Assembly: GCA_005239955.1 (NCBI GenBank)
Contig: SBAW01000011.1
Location: 6,924 to 70,923 of the forward strand
Length of the DNA: 64,000 nt
Direction of reading: 5' to 3'
Origin: a bacterium
Lineage (GTDB): Bacteria > Patescibacteriota > Minisyncoccia > Phycocordibacterales > SBAW01
Shown: positions 9,184 through 19,821 of the stretch, one piece after another
Layout of the letters: every line of letters starts with the position of its first letter
Position numbering within the stretch: the first letter of the stretch is position 1
Position numbers and translations under genes: made by a program
Notes under the pieces: generated by a model
What the model was told of the DNA's origin: nothing
Databases searched by the model: none
The model's input: the letters and a program-made list of their open reading frames with translations, nothing else

Positions 9184-10398
9184 TTATTCAGCCTTTTTAG
9201 GTTTCGCCTCCTCAGCTGCCTCATGGACTTCACCAGACTCATCGGTTTGCGCAAGCTCTTTTCCTCTAATAGAGCGGATGTCTATTTTCCAGCCAGTGAG
9301 TTTTGCCGCAAGACGCACATTCTGCCCGCCTTTGCCGATTGCCAAGGACTGCTGATCTTCCGACACTTCAACCGTCGCTTTATGCTCCGCCTCGTCGAGG
9401 CTCACGGAGACGACACGCGCTGGAGAGAGCGCATCTTCAATAAACTGCGCTTGGTTGTCGGACCACTCAATGACGTCAATTTTCTCGCCGCCGAGCTCTG
9501 ACATCACGGTTGAAACGCGCACGCCGCGCTGACCCACAAGCGATCCCACCGGATCAATGTGCTGGTCAACCGAGGCAACCGCAATTTTGCTACGAGAGCC
9601 TGCTTCGCGCGCGATGGCTTTCACGAGTACTGCGCCACTCGCGATTTCCGGAGCCTCAAGCGCGAAGAGTTTTGCCAAAAATTGCGGATGGGAGCGGGAA
9701 AGACGAAGGTAAATGCCGCGCGGGGACTCTTCAACTTGGTAGAGATAGGCGCGAATGCGCTCGCCTTGGCGATAGCGTTCCCCGGGAATTTGTTCTTCAT
9801 AAGGCAAAATACCGGTCGCGCGGCCGAGGTCAACGTAGAGGTTGCCGCGCTCAACACGCTGCACCGTACCGGAGACAATATCGCCTTCGCGCTTGCCGAA
9901 CTCGGCGACAACTGACACTTTTTCGGCTTCGCGGATCTTTTGAATGATGACCTGCTTTGCGGTTTGCGCCGCAATGCGGCCGTAGGCGTCCTGCCCCCCG
10001 GCGGGCGGTTCAAGCGGGAAGATAATCTCATCATCAAGTTGCGCGTCTTTTTTGATGCGCCGCGCATCACTCATCATGATGTGGTGCTCGGGGTTAAAAC
10101 GCACCCGTTCATCCGCGGGGTCCACTTCCGCCGGCGCTTCGCCTTCAGCAAGATCGGTACGGACCATCGTCTCATCCACCACAATCTTTACTTGAGAGAA
10201 TTCAATGGTGCCGGTTGCGATATCAAACTTTGCGCGAACAATTTGTCCTTTTTTGCCGTATTCCTTTTTGTAGGCGGTTGCAAGCGCCGTTTCGATCGCT
10301 TCGATAATTTTTTCACGCGGAATACCGCGCTCCTGCTCGAGCTGATCGAGTACCGAATGAATAACTTTTAAATCCATCATGGTGGTGAGGACTGCCAT
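9184..10398 (-). CDS. nusA: transcription termination/antitermination factor NusA
   Basis: N-terminal domain (LDQLEQERGIPREKIIEAIETALATAYKK), S1 domain and KH domains. Confidence 0.9.
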   Translation of the reverse strand: MAVLTTMMDLKVIHSVLDQLEQERGIPREKIIEAIETALATAYKKEYGKKGQIVRAKFDIATGTIEFSQVKIVVDETMVRTDLAEGEAPAEVDPADERVRFNPEHHIMMSDARRIKKDAQLDDEIIFPLEPPAGGQDAYGRIAAQTAKQVIIQKIREAEKVSVVAEFGKREGDIVSGTVQRVERGNLYVDLGRATGILPYEEQIPGERYRQGERIRAYLYQVEESPRGIYLRLSRSHPQFLAKLFALEAPEIASGAVLVKAIAREAGSRSKIAVASVDQHIDPVGSLVGQRGVRVSTVMSELGGEKIDVIEWSDNQAQFIEDALSPARVVSVSLDEAEHKATVEVSEDQQSLAIGKGGQNVRLAAKLTGWKIDIRSIRGKELAQTDESGEVHEAAEEAKPKKAE

Positions 10399-10651
10399 AT
10401 GCGGCGCATACCTTTGTCGAAGCCTTCCGCTTCGCGCTCGCCGTATACACTCGATACGTCTCGCGCGGTGCTCGGCTTCTTCGCGGCCTGCATCCGCCTC
10501 TGTCAGTCCTTGTTGTTAATGAATCGCTGGTGGTTAAAAAGATATCCGCCCACTCGGGGCGGATATCAGATGATGCAACTGTAGCAAGGCGCTTCATGGT
10601 GGTCAAGTGTGTGTTGAAATCACGTAAAAATCTCAACAAAGCGCGATATAC

Positions 10652-12409
10652 TTGATTCATATGCACATTGAGGAGAAGCAGTTGCGCGTATTCCTCATCG
10701 ACTCACGGCTCGTTTCTGGCAGTGATTTTGATTCGGCGAAGAAAGAGGCGGAAGAAAAAGGGCAGGGTGTCGGCAAGATCCTCGTTTCGCGAGGGTTTTT
10801 AAGCGATGATGATTTGCGCCGCGCGGAGGCCTATGTGCTCGGCATCCCCTTCGTCTCCCTCAAGAATGAGAAGATTCCGTTTGAGGTGCTCTCGCTCATT
10901 CCGGAACCGATCGCCCGCAATCACAACATCGTTGCCTTCAGAAAAAGCGACAGCGGCCTTGAAGTTGCGATGCTCGATACCGAGGACCTCGAGGCAATCG
11001 ACTTCGTTAAGAAAAAAACAAGGCTGAAAATCTTGCCGCGCCTTACCGACAATGAATCAATGAAGGCAGTACTCCTCCAGTATCAAAAAAGTCTCAAAGC
11101 AGAATTTGGGGAACTCATTGAAAAAGAAACGGCCTCGCTCAAAATGGTCACAGAGGCGGGGGCGGAGGGCGCCTCCGAAGCCGAACTTAAAAAGCTCGCC
11201 GAGGATCTCCCCGTTGTCCGTATTGTGGACGCACTGCTGCGCCACGCCATTATTCAAAGCGCTTCCGATATTCACATTGAACCGCAGGAGAAAGAACTCC
11301 TCGTGCGCTACCGCATCGACGGACTCCTTCACGACGCCGTGACCCTTCCCAAAGGTGCGGCGGACTCTTTGACTGCACGCATCAAAGTGCTCTCGAGCCT
11401 CAAACTCGACGAAAAACGCCTTCCCCAAGACGGCCGCTTTAAGGTTGAGTCGGGGGAACAAAAAGTATCGTTTCGCGTGTCAATTCTCCCGACCTACTAT
11501 GGCGAAAAAACCGTGATGCGCTTGCTGCGGGAGAGTGGCGGCGGCTTTACGCTTGAGGGATTGGGGTTTCATGGCGAAGGCTTAGAGCGCATCCACCAGG
11601 CGACGAAACAAACGACCGGCATGATCTTAACGACGGGTCCGACCGGCTCCGGTAAGTCAACAACGCTCTACACCATCCTCGATCTTCTCAATCAGCCTGA
11701 CGTCAATATCTCCACTATTGAAGACCCGATTGAGTACCAAATGCCACGCATCAACCAAACGCAGGTGCGACCTGACATCGGGTTTAGCTTCGCCAAAGGC
11801 ATTCGGACACTTGTGCGCCAAGACCCGGACATCATTATGGTTGGTGAAATTCGCGACGGAGAAACAGCAGGGCTCGCCATTAACGCAGCCCTTACGGGCC
11901 ATCTCGTTCTCTCTACCCTCCATACCAATTCCGCCGCAGGAGCCATTCCGCGCCTTATCGACATGGGCGCGGAGCCGTTCCTCATTGTCTCGACCATTAA
12001 AGTAATCATTGGCCAGCGCCTCGTACGAAAACTTGTCGGGAAAGAAAAATATTTTCTCACGAAGGCCGAGCTTATGAAGCTCGGAGAGACGGTTGAATTG
12101 CCGAAAGTTCTCGAAGCGCTCAAGTCGGAGAAAATTGTTGAGAAAAACGCGACCTGGGACAAGATTCCGTTTTATAAACCAAAGAAAACTCCCGACTCGG
12201 AAGATGGGTACGGCGGACGGATTGGTATTCACGAAATAATGAAAATGTCGCTCACGATCAAAGAGCTTGTGATGAAAAATGCGACCTCTGACGACATTGA
12301 AAAACAAGCACGCTCCGAAGGCATGCTTACTATGCTTGAGGATGGCATATATAAATGTGTGCAGGGCGTGACGACGATTGAAGAAGTGTTGCGAGTCGTA
12401 TCGGAATAA
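10652..12409 (+). CDS. pilB: type IV pilus assembly ATPase PilB/GspE family
   Basis: GSPII_E N-terminal domains, Walker A GPTGSGKSTT, Asp box, His box. Confidence 0.9.
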   Translation: MIHMHIEEKQLRVFLIDSRLVSGSDFDSAKKEAEEKGQGVGKILVSRGFLSDDDLRRAEAYVLGIPFVSLKNEKIPFEVLSLIPEPIARNHNIVAFRKSDSGLEVAMLDTEDLEAIDFVKKKTRLKILPRLTDNESMKAVLLQYQKSLKAEFGELIEKETASLKMVTEAGAEGASEAELKKLAEDLPVVRIVDALLRHAIIQSASDIHIEPQEKELLVRYRIDGLLHDAVTLPKGAADSLTARIKVLSSLKLDEKRLPQDGRFKVESGEQKVSFRVSILPTYYGEKTVMRLLRESGGGFTLEGLGFHGEGLERIHQATKQTTGMILTTGPTGSGKSTTLYTILDLLNQPDVNISTIEDPIEYQMPRINQTQVRPDIGFSFAKGIRTLVRQDPDIIMVGEIRDGETAGLAINAALTGHLVLSTLHTNSAAGAIPRLIDMGAEPFLIVSTIKVIIGQRLVRKLVGKEKYFLTKAELMKLGETVELPKVLEALKSEKIVEKNATWDKIPFYKPKKTPDSEDGYGGRIGIHEIMKMSLTIKELVMKNATSDDIEKQARSEGMLTMLEDGIYKCVQGVTTIEEVLRVVSE

Positions 12410-12411
12410 CT

Positions 12412-13629
12412 ATGCCGCTCTTCAAATACCGCGCGCTTCGGAAAGATGGCACCTCCTACCTCGGGGAAGCAACGGTTGCCGACCGCTTTGCGGTCTATAC
12501 GCACATTCGCCAAGAAGGAGCGACCGCCCTTTCGGTTGAAGAAGTACATTCTTCCCACTGGCTTTCCTGGCAAGGCCTCAACCGACTCCTTTCAACGGTT
12601 CGATTGCAAGACAAGATTGTCTTCACGCGAAATCTTGCGGCGATGATTGAATCAGGACTCGCACTTTCCCGGGCACTCTCGATTCTCGAACGTCAAACAG
12701 GGAATCCGAAACTGAAAAGTGTTCTCGCGGAAATTGGCGCTGACATACGAAAAGGCTCTACGCTTCATGACGCGCTCGCAAAATTCCCCCGTGTCTTTTC
12801 ATCGCTGTTTGTTTCTATGGTGAAGGCGGGCGAAGAGTCTGGGTCTCTTGCTAAATCACTCCATGTTGTTGCAACACAAATGGAGCGTGCGTACCAACTA
12901 TCGCGAAAAGTGCGCGGCGCCCTTATTTATCCTGCCATTATTGTTACCGCGATGGTTGTCATTGGGATCCTTATGATGATTTACGTCGTGCCCACACTCT
13001 CCTCAACCTTTAAAGAACTTGGCATGGAACTTCCCACGTCAACGACCGTCATCATCACGGTAAGCGATTTTTTGGTCGCGAACACCTTCGTCGCACTTCT
13101 GCTCCTTCTTATCGTTGCCGGCGGACTCGTCCTCGCTTCGCGCACTAACAGAGGGAAACGTGTTCTTGAATGGGTCATCCTCCATATCCCCATCATTGGT
13201 GGAATTGTGAAAGAGGTAAATGCGGCGCGCACGGCGCGCACCCTCTCTTCGCTCCTCTCGGCAGGGGTTGAGGTTGTCTCGGCACTCCTTATCACCGAAG
13301 AAGTGCTCCAGAACTCATATTATAAAGACGTGCTTAAAGCCGCGCGCGAACTGGTGCAAAAAGGTACGCCCATTTCGGATCAATTTCTCCAGCACACCGA
13401 CATCTACCCGCTTATGTTTGGCGAAATGGTGGCGGTGGGGGAGGAAACGGGAGAATTGACTGCCATGCTGACGAAGATTGCTGATTTCTATGAAGGAGAA
13501 GTTGAACAAAAAACGAAAGATATTTCAACGGTCATTGAGCCGTTCCTCATGATTGTCATTGGCGCGGGGGTCGGATTCTTTGCCTACGCCATGGTTGTGC
13601 CGATTTACTCCATAAGTAGTGGCATCTAG
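12412..13629 (+). CDS. pilC: type IV pilus platform protein PilC/GspF family
   Basis: Two GspF repeats and a polytopic membrane domain. Starts directly after pilB. Confidence 0.85.
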   Translation: MPLFKYRALRKDGTSYLGEATVADRFAVYTHIRQEGATALSVEEVHSSHWLSWQGLNRLLSTVRLQDKIVFTRNLAAMIESGLALSRALSILERQTGNPKLKSVLAEIGADIRKGSTLHDALAKFPRVFSSLFVSMVKAGEESGSLAKSLHVVATQMERAYQLSRKVRGALIYPAIIVTAMVVIGILMMIYVVPTLSSTFKELGMELPTSTTVIITVSDFLVANTFVALLLLLIVAGGLVLASRTNRGKRVLEWVILHIPIIGGIVKEVNAARTARTLSSLLSAGVEVVSALLITEEVLQNSYYKDVLKAARELVQKGTPISDQFLQHTDIYPLMFGEMVAVGEETGELTAMLTKIADFYEGEVEQKTKDISTVIEPFLMIVIGAGVGFFAYAMVVPIYSISSGI

Positions 13630-14086
13630 TATGACGAGCTCTACACGCGGCTTTACTCTCATAGAGGTCATCATCGCAGTCCTCATTGTAGTTTTGGTCA
13701 CTGGAGTTTTTGTAGCGTCGTTTCGGTCTTTTTCTGCTCGTCGCGCACTTGATGGCGCCTCTGCCCATGTGATATCAGCCCTTGAAGTGGCACGCACACA
13801 AACACTCGATTCACTCTCCGATTCGCAGTATGGCGTCCATATTGAAGCGACACGCGTTACCATTTTTAAAGGCGCGACCTATACGCAAGGCCACGTCGAT
13901 AACCGAATCATAAATCTCTCTCCACAGGTTAGGGTCACCTCATCTCTTACCGGTGGAGTAACTGATGTTACCTTTATGCGCCTTACCGGTAAGGCAAGCG
14001 TGACCGGAACGGTTACTATTACCCTCGTGGCGGATACCTCACAAACGCGGGTTATTACTATCGCCCCCGGCGGCATAAGCTCATGA
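13619..14086 (+). CDS. type IV pilin-like protein (prepilin N-terminal cleavage/methylation domain)
   Basis: N-terminus …RGFTLIEVIIAVLIVVLVTGVF is a class III signal peptide. Confidence 0.8.
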   Translation: MASSMTSSTRGFTLIEVIIAVLIVVLVTGVFVASFRSFSARRALDGASAHVISALEVARTQTLDSLSDSQYGVHIEATRVTIFKGATYTQGHVDNRIINLSPQVRVTSSLTGGVTDVTFMRLTGKASVTGTVTITLVADTSQTRVITIAPGGISS

Positions 14087-14304
14087 ACGGATTTGATGAA
14101 AATCGCGATCTGCTTTGTTGTAGCCTCCGGCGCTCCCTCACCTTATGTTTCCATAAGGCTCAGTTCATTTCTTACAGAAACCGTACACCTTTCGGCAATC
14201 TTCTTCGCACAACTCGAACATTGCTCGAAAGGTCTTGCGAAGCTTCAGGTATTCGCTTCTCACATCGGCTACGTCGCGCATCTCATCGATTTTCATCAAA
14301 TCCG

Positions 14305-15327
14305 GTGACTCGTAGTATAACGAATCAGCGCGGTGTCACCCTTATTGAAGTTGTTATCGGCGTCGCCATTATTGCGCTTTCGTTTGTCGGCATTCTCATT
14401 GCCTCGCGCCAATATGTTGTGGTTGGCCTCGGCAATACCGAAAAACTCCAAGCCGCTTATTTTGCCGAAGAAGGGATAGAAATTGTGCGGGCACTACGCG
14501 ATCGCAGCTGGAATACGTTCGCCGCGCTCGGGACGTCAACGACCTATTACCTTGCACCGGTTGCGGGAGTGTGGGAAGCAACCACGACGCCAACTACCAC
14601 ACTTGTTGGCTTTACACGTACCGTTGCATTAGGAAGTGTCTATCGCAACAGCACGTCGCATGACATTGTTTCTGCGACATCGTCCAATAATTATCTGGAC
14701 CCCTTGGGCCGTTTCGTGAGGGTAACCGTTTCCTGGGGTGGAGGCCTTCAGACAAGTGCTGTTTCTTATGAAGGCGGTACCACTGACTCCAATCTGGCGA
14801 GCTTCCCGTCAAATAATGCGGGCGACGGTGACCCCGCGCAGAGTTTTACCACGGGGAGCGAAAGTGTCTCGGCGGGAAGTGTCGCGCTTCTTCTCAAACG
14901 AGTCGGCAGTCCCTCGAACGTGTATCTTGAAATCCGGAGTGGCAGTACGGTCGGAGTGGTCCTTGGCACTTCAGGAACGGTGGCGAGTTCGTCTATCCCC
15001 ACGTCGGCCCTCACGTGGACCTCTTTTACCTTTTCCTCACCCGTCCCTCTTGCGGCAAACACCACATACTATCTGCGACTGCGGAGCACCCCCGATTCAA
15101 CGATCGTCTTTTCGGGTTCCGCCGGCACGCTCAACTGGGGCTACCTTCAAACGGCGCAAAGCCCCTATGCAGGAGGGACGGCGTATCGCTATGTGGGGCG
15201 CCAAGGAAACCAAAGCGACCAAGGTCAGTCACTAACGCAGTATGACTTCTCATTTCGCGTTATAACTGCTGGCGGAGGAAACACAACAGAGGTACAGACG
15301 TACCTTATGCGCCTTTTCAATAACTAG
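14305..15327 (+). CDS. large minor pilin-like protein (prepilin-type N-terminus)
   Basis: QRGVTLIEVVIGVAIIALSFVGIL motif. Start uncertain: in-frame GTG at 14305, ORF open from 14083. Confidence 0.6.
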   Translation: MTRSITNQRGVTLIEVVIGVAIIALSFVGILIASRQYVVVGLGNTEKLQAAYFAEEGIEIVRALRDRSWNTFAALGTSTTYYLAPVAGVWEATTTPTTTLVGFTRTVALGSVYRNSTSHDIVSATSSNNYLDPLGRFVRVTVSWGGGLQTSAVSYEGGTTDSNLASFPSNNAGDGDPAQSFTTGSESVSAGSVALLLKRVGSPSNVYLEIRSGSTVGVVLGTSGTVASSSIPTSALTWTSFTFSSPVPLAANTTYYLRLRSTPDSTIVFSGSAGTLNWGYLQTAQSPYAGGTAYRYVGRQGNQSDQGQSLTQYDFSFRVITAGGGNTTEVQTYLMRLFNN

Positions 15328-15329
15328 AC

Positions 15330-15845
15330 ATGAGACCCCATCACTCACAACGTGGTTTCTCCCTTCTCGAAATGCTTATCTATATCAGCATTCTTGCGGT
15401 CATATCGGCGGTTGTGGTGGGGTCGCTTATTCCTCTTGCACGCTCGTATCGCCAGGTCGTGATGGCCTTGGCGATTAATAACTCCGGTTCTGCGGCGCTT
15501 GAGCGGATGGTCCGCGAAGTGCGACAGGCGACTGATGTCGGAGCAGGAAGTGTTCTCAACTCTTCACCAGGGACCCTCGTCCTTTCCTCGCTTGATAGCA
15601 CGGGCAACCCGATAACCATCACGTTTGATGTCTCGGGGGGAGCGGTGCGTATTACGGAGGGGGCGGGAACTCCCTACGCACTTACCGGCAGCGGTGTTGC
15701 GGTTTCGTCGCTCATCTTTACCTCGCAAACCAACGCGACCACCTCAAAGTTGGTTGGCATTGATCTCACATTAACGTCGACGGTTGGAGCACTTACGCGG
15801 TCGACACGATTTAAAGCAGGGGGCACGCTGCGCAATAGCTACTAA
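15330..15845 (+). CDS. pilin/pseudopilin-like protein
   Basis: SQRGFSLLEMLIYISILAVISAVVVG prepilin motif. Confidence 0.75.
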   Translation: MRPHHSQRGFSLLEMLIYISILAVISAVVVGSLIPLARSYRQVVMALAINNSGSAALERMVREVRQATDVGAGSVLNSSPGTLVLSSLDSTGNPITITFDVSGGAVRITEGAGTPYALTGSGVAVSSLIFTSQTNATTSKLVGIDLTLTSTVGALTRSTRFKAGGTLRNSY

Positions 15846-15846
15846 T

Positions 15847-17130
15847 ATGATGCACCATTCACCGTTCGAGCGAGGCCAGGCCGTTATAGGCGGCGTTCTG
15901 TTTTTCTTGGGGACTGCACTTGTGGTGGTGGGGGCTATCGCGGCACCCGTCATCAGTGGCAGTGTATCTGCACGAAGCCTCGTAACGTCAAAAGCAACCT
16001 ATGCGGGTTCGGAGGGGCTTCTTGAAGATGGGGTTTACCGCGTCATAACGGGCAAAGCACTCACGAACCCTCTGGTCATGACGGTCGGCGGTTCAACCGT
16101 CACGGTCTCTTCGCAGGATGTGGGGAGCGAGAAGGTCATTACCGCATCTGCAACGACCGATAATCGTGTGCGAAAGACGCAGGCGCGCCTGTTTCAAGGA
16201 ACCGGCGTGTCATTTTTCTATGGCGTACAAACTGATACGGGCGGCATCACCATGGTGAACTCCGCAACCGTTGAGGGAAATGTCTTTAGCAATGGTCCTG
16301 TAACAGGCGCAAACTCGAATCTGGTAAAAGGCTCGGTCGTTTCTGCCGGTCCTACCGGTCTTATCGATGGCATTAATGCGACGAGCTCCGCTTATGCCCA
16401 CACCATCCGCAATTCCGATGTTGACGGCAATGCCTACTACACGACGATTTCAAATACTTCGGTTGGCGGAACCTCTTATCCCAGTAGCCCCGATCAAGCA
16501 ACATCCACGCTCCCCATAACCGATGAAGAGATTGAGACATGGAAAACGGAAGCTGCGGCCGGCGGCACACACACCAGTCCCTGCCCCTACTCGATTACTG
16601 GCTCGGTGACACTGGGGCCACGGAAAATTAACTGCGATCTCATTATTTCAGGGAGCGCCATCATCACGCTTACTGGGCCTCTGTGGGTTGTTGGCAACAT
16701 CTCGTTTGCGAATTCTTCCGTTATCAACATCAGCTCTTCGGTGGGGAATAAAAGTATCGCGATTGTCGCCGACAATCCTAGTGATCAACTTGGTGGCAGT
16801 AGAATTACCATTTCAAACAGCACGGATTTTAATGGCAATGGCGGCGATCGCTCATACGTGCTCCTCGTCTCTCAAAATAGAAGTGCGCAGTCGGGTGGCG
16901 GCACCAAAGCAATTACGATTTCAAACAGTGCAAACGGCGATCTACTTCTCTATGCGGGTCACGGAGAGATTGAACTCAGTAACAGCATAAATCTTGCCGA
17001 AGTGAGCGCGTGGCGCATTCGCATCTCCAATAGTGCGAAGGTGATTTATAAAAGCGGACTCAGCAATCTCCTCTTTTCCTCCGGTCCATCGGGCGGTTAC
17101 AGCATCAGTAGTTGGCAAGAAACGCAGTGA
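15847..17130 (+). CDS. pilus-associated large exported protein (possible tip/minor pilin)
   Basis: N-terminal TM segment (AVIGGVLFFLGTALVVVGAIAAP), Thr/Ser/Gly-rich beta-type body. Last gene of the pilus cluster. Confidence 0.5.
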   Translation: MMHHSPFERGQAVIGGVLFFLGTALVVVGAIAAPVISGSVSARSLVTSKATYAGSEGLLEDGVYRVITGKALTNPLVMTVGGSTVTVSSQDVGSEKVITASATTDNRVRKTQARLFQGTGVSFFYGVQTDTGGITMVNSATVEGNVFSNGPVTGANSNLVKGSVVSAGPTGLIDGINATSSAYAHTIRNSDVDGNAYYTTISNTSVGGTSYPSSPDQATSTLPITDEEIETWKTEAAAGGTHTSPCPYSITGSVTLGPRKINCDLIISGSAIITLTGPLWVVGNISFANSSVINISSSVGNKSIAIVADNPSDQLGGSRITISNSTDFNGNGGDRSYVLLVSQNRSAQSGGGTKAITISNSANGDLLLYAGHGEIELSNSINLAEVSAWRIRISNSAKVIYKSGLSNLLFSSGPSGGYSISSWQETQ

Positions 17131-17191
17131 TTATTGTTGACTTTAGGTAGCGCGGGGCGTTTCATGGAGAGAACGAGTTCACCTCAACTTT

Positions 17192-17656
17192 TTGGGAAGG
17201 GAGGGGACCATGTCCCTCGAGAGAGAGTTCGATCGCATTGATGGCGACGGCAGCGACTGTGCGCCACCCTATCATGCCGCGCTATGGTCTCGTCTGGCCT
17301 CGCGCGAGGTACCGGATGCCACGTGGCAGATCATGGTGTCCGTTGGCGACGTAGCGACGTTTCATATCAGCCGGCGCCCGCATCGCGGATTTCTTCGCTT
17401 GAAGCAGAGTGGGTCAATTCGGGTGAAGAGGGGCGTTCTTGCTGAGGCGTTGCGTAATGGTAGAAGTGCGCAGCATCTTTCGAAGACTCAGCGACTGAAC
17501 GAAGTGGCCGGAAGCTGGCGTCTCAACGCGAAGATTCTGCATAGGACACTCACCCTCGTCGTCGAGCACAAACCCTTCTTCGGTCGCACGCGGTCGACAG
17601 TCTTCCACTGCAGCGAAGAGGAACAACGTCGACTATTCGAGCTGATGGAAATCTAG
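17192..17656 (+). CDS. hypothetical protein, GC-rich islet
   Basis: ORF in a roughly 58% GC stretch. Followed by hairpin GGGCGCCC-N12-GGGCGCCC at 17659-17690. Confidence 0.35.
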   Translation: MGREGTMSLEREFDRIDGDGSDCAPPYHAALWSRLASREVPDATWQIMVSVGDVATFHISRRPHRGFLRLKQSGSIRVKRGVLAEALRNGRSAQHLSKTQRLNEVAGSWRLNAKILHRTLTLVVEHKPFFGRTRSTVFHCSEEEQRRLFELMEI

Positions 17657-17890
17657 CGAGAGGGGCGCCCGATCTCCGGATTGGGCGCCCGCTTCGTGCT
17701 AATATTTCGCCATGGCGAAGCGACTGATCGTAGCTAACTGTCCCACAACGCCTGCGCTTCTGCGCAGCTGCGATGTGTGGATCCCGTCATGCTCGCAACT
17801 TCGTGCTGTACTGTCTCTCTCGCGCCGAGGCGCAGTCGAAGGGATCCGCCAACCCGCAATCGCATGTTGTGCGAGCGTGTTGGGGAGAAA

Positions 17891-18658
17891 ATGAATCGTA
17901 TGAAAAAGACACGACTTATAGTGGCTAACTGGAAGATGAATCCAGTTACATTCACGGAAGCAAAGAAAATTGTGGAAGCAACAAAGCGCGCGGCAAGCCG
18001 CGCGCGAGGCGTCTCTGTTGTTGTTTGTCCACCGGCAATCTATCTTGCCGCACTTAGGAAAGGGTCACGGGCGATGGCGTTTGGAGTCCAAGATATTGGA
18101 GCGCATGAGGCTGGGGCATTTACCGGAGAAATTTCGGCCGAGATGGCACGAAATAGTGGTGCAACCGTTGCTATAGTGGGGCATTCAGAACGTCGTCGTC
18201 TTGGCGAATCAAATGCCGTCGTTGCGAAAAAGGTGGCGGCAGCCCTTGCCGCCAAACTCACCCCCATCCTCTGTATCGGAGAGAATATACGCGACGCGGG
18301 GGGAGACTATTTAAGTGTTGTTCGTGCACAAATTATGGAAGGGCTTGCTGAAGTGTCGACTCCTCTCGTCCCCAAAGTCATCATTGCGTATGAACCGGTC
18401 TGGGCCATCGGGAAGAAAGCAGGCGATGCTATTTTGCCTGCCGACCTCCACGAGATGTCTATTTTTATAAAAAAAGTTATTGCGGAGCGTATTGATCGAG
18501 CGAAGGCGCTTAACGTCACGATTCTCTATGGCGGTTCGGTTGAGCCTGAAAACGCTCATGCGTTGTTGACGAGTGGTGATGTTGATGGATTTCTTGTTGG
18601 TCACACAAGTCTCGACACAACCGAATTCCCACTCGTCATCAAAGCCGCGGCATCATGA
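17891..18658 (+). CDS. tpiA: triosephosphate isomerase
   Basis: VANWKMN…, …GHSERR…, …GGSV… are canonical TIM motifs. Confidence 0.9.
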   Translation: MNRMKKTRLIVANWKMNPVTFTEAKKIVEATKRAASRARGVSVVVCPPAIYLAALRKGSRAMAFGVQDIGAHEAGAFTGEISAEMARNSGATVAIVGHSERRRLGESNAVVAKKVAAALAAKLTPILCIGENIRDAGGDYLSVVRAQIMEGLAEVSTPLVPKVIIAYEPVWAIGKKAGDAILPADLHEMSIFIKKVIAERIDRAKALNVTILYGGSVEPENAHALLTSGDVDGFLVGHTSLDTTEFPLVIKAAAS

Positions 18659-19803
18659 GACTCCGAAGCATCGAGGAGGCAGGAGATCTTAAAGGTAAAC
18701 GTGTACTCGTCCGTGCGGGTTTTGATTTTGATCTCGACGAAGGTGAGGTTCCGGATGACTTTCGCATGCGCGCGGTCATCCCCACAATGAAATTCATACT
18801 CGCTCGCGGCGGCTCGCTCATTGTTATCGCCCATGAAGGTCGTCCCAAAGGCTCCGTTGTCTCACAGATGAGTCAACAGCCGCTCGTGCCAATTCTCTCA
18901 GAGCTTCTCGGTACAAAAGTGACATTCATGTCATCATCCACCGGCACAGACGTGCGTGCCGCAGCGAAGGTGCTCAACAGCGGTGACGTACTTCTTCTTG
19001 AAAACCTTCGTTTTGATTCACGAGAGGAAGAAAATGACAATGGTTTTTCGAAAGAGCTCGCTTCCCTTGCCGATCTCTATGTAAACGAAGCGTTTGCCAA
19101 CATCCACCGTCCCCACGCCTCAATTATCGGTATTCCGAAATTTCTTCCGGCCTATGCAGGACTGCAGGTTGTTAAAGAAATCGCAGTGCTTGAAGAAGCG
19201 CTTTCACCTATGCACCCAGCTATTGCATTAATCGGGGGAGCAAAATTTGAGACTAAAGTTCCCCTCATGACTCGCCTCATCGAGACTTACGATGAACTGT
19301 GTGTTGCCGGAGCGCTCGCAAACGATTTTTTCAAAGTAAACGGACATGAGACAGGCATTTCGCGCATATCGGAAGAGCTTCCGTCTGGACCATTGATAAC
19401 CAACCCAAAGCTCTCACTCCCCGTCGATATTGTGACTGAGAAAGGAGAGGAATCACGAACGGCCCACATATCGGACGTGCATCCCGACGAGCGCATTGCC
19501 GACATCGGTCCCGATACCATTGCGCTTTGGCAGGAAAAAATTCGCCACGCGAAGTTCGTATTGTGGAACGGCAACGTCGGAATCTACGAGCGTGGATTTT
19601 TTACCGGCGACAGGGCAATCGCCGAGATTATCAAGAAAACGGGTGTGCGCGCCGTCATCGGAGGCGGCAATACTCTCGCATCCCTTCGGGGGATCGCGTT
19701 TGACGAAGAAAAGGTTTTTCTCTCAACGGGCGGCGGCGCGATGCTCGAATTTCTCGCGAAAGGCACGCTCCCAGGACTTGAGCCGCTCAAGAGGAGGGGT
19801 TAG
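18655..19803 (+). CDS. pgk: phosphoglycerate kinase
   Basis: N-terminal RVLVRAGFD… substrate-binding region, C-terminal GGGA nucleotide-binding motif. Overlaps the tpiA stop. Confidence 0.9.
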   Translation: MRLRSIEEAGDLKGKRVLVRAGFDFDLDEGEVPDDFRMRAVIPTMKFILARGGSLIVIAHEGRPKGSVVSQMSQQPLVPILSELLGTKVTFMSSSTGTDVRAAAKVLNSGDVLLLENLRFDSREEENDNGFSKELASLADLYVNEAFANIHRPHASIIGIPKFLPAYAGLQVVKEIAVLEEALSPMHPAIALIGGAKFETKVPLMTRLIETYDELCVAGALANDFFKVNGHETGISRISEELPSGPLITNPKLSLPVDIVTEKGEESRTAHISDVHPDERIADIGPDTIALWQEKIRHAKFVLWNGNVGIYERGFFTGDRAIAEIIKKTGVRAVIGGGNTLASLRGIAFDEEKVFLSTGGGAMLEFLAKGTLPGLEPLKRRG

Positions 19804-19821
19804 GAGCTCCCAATAGAGGAC

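Noticed and set aside
11657-12307. 216-aa and 156-aa - strand ORFs inside pilB
   Set aside because: Shadow ORFs opposite a very well-supported pilB ATPase gene.
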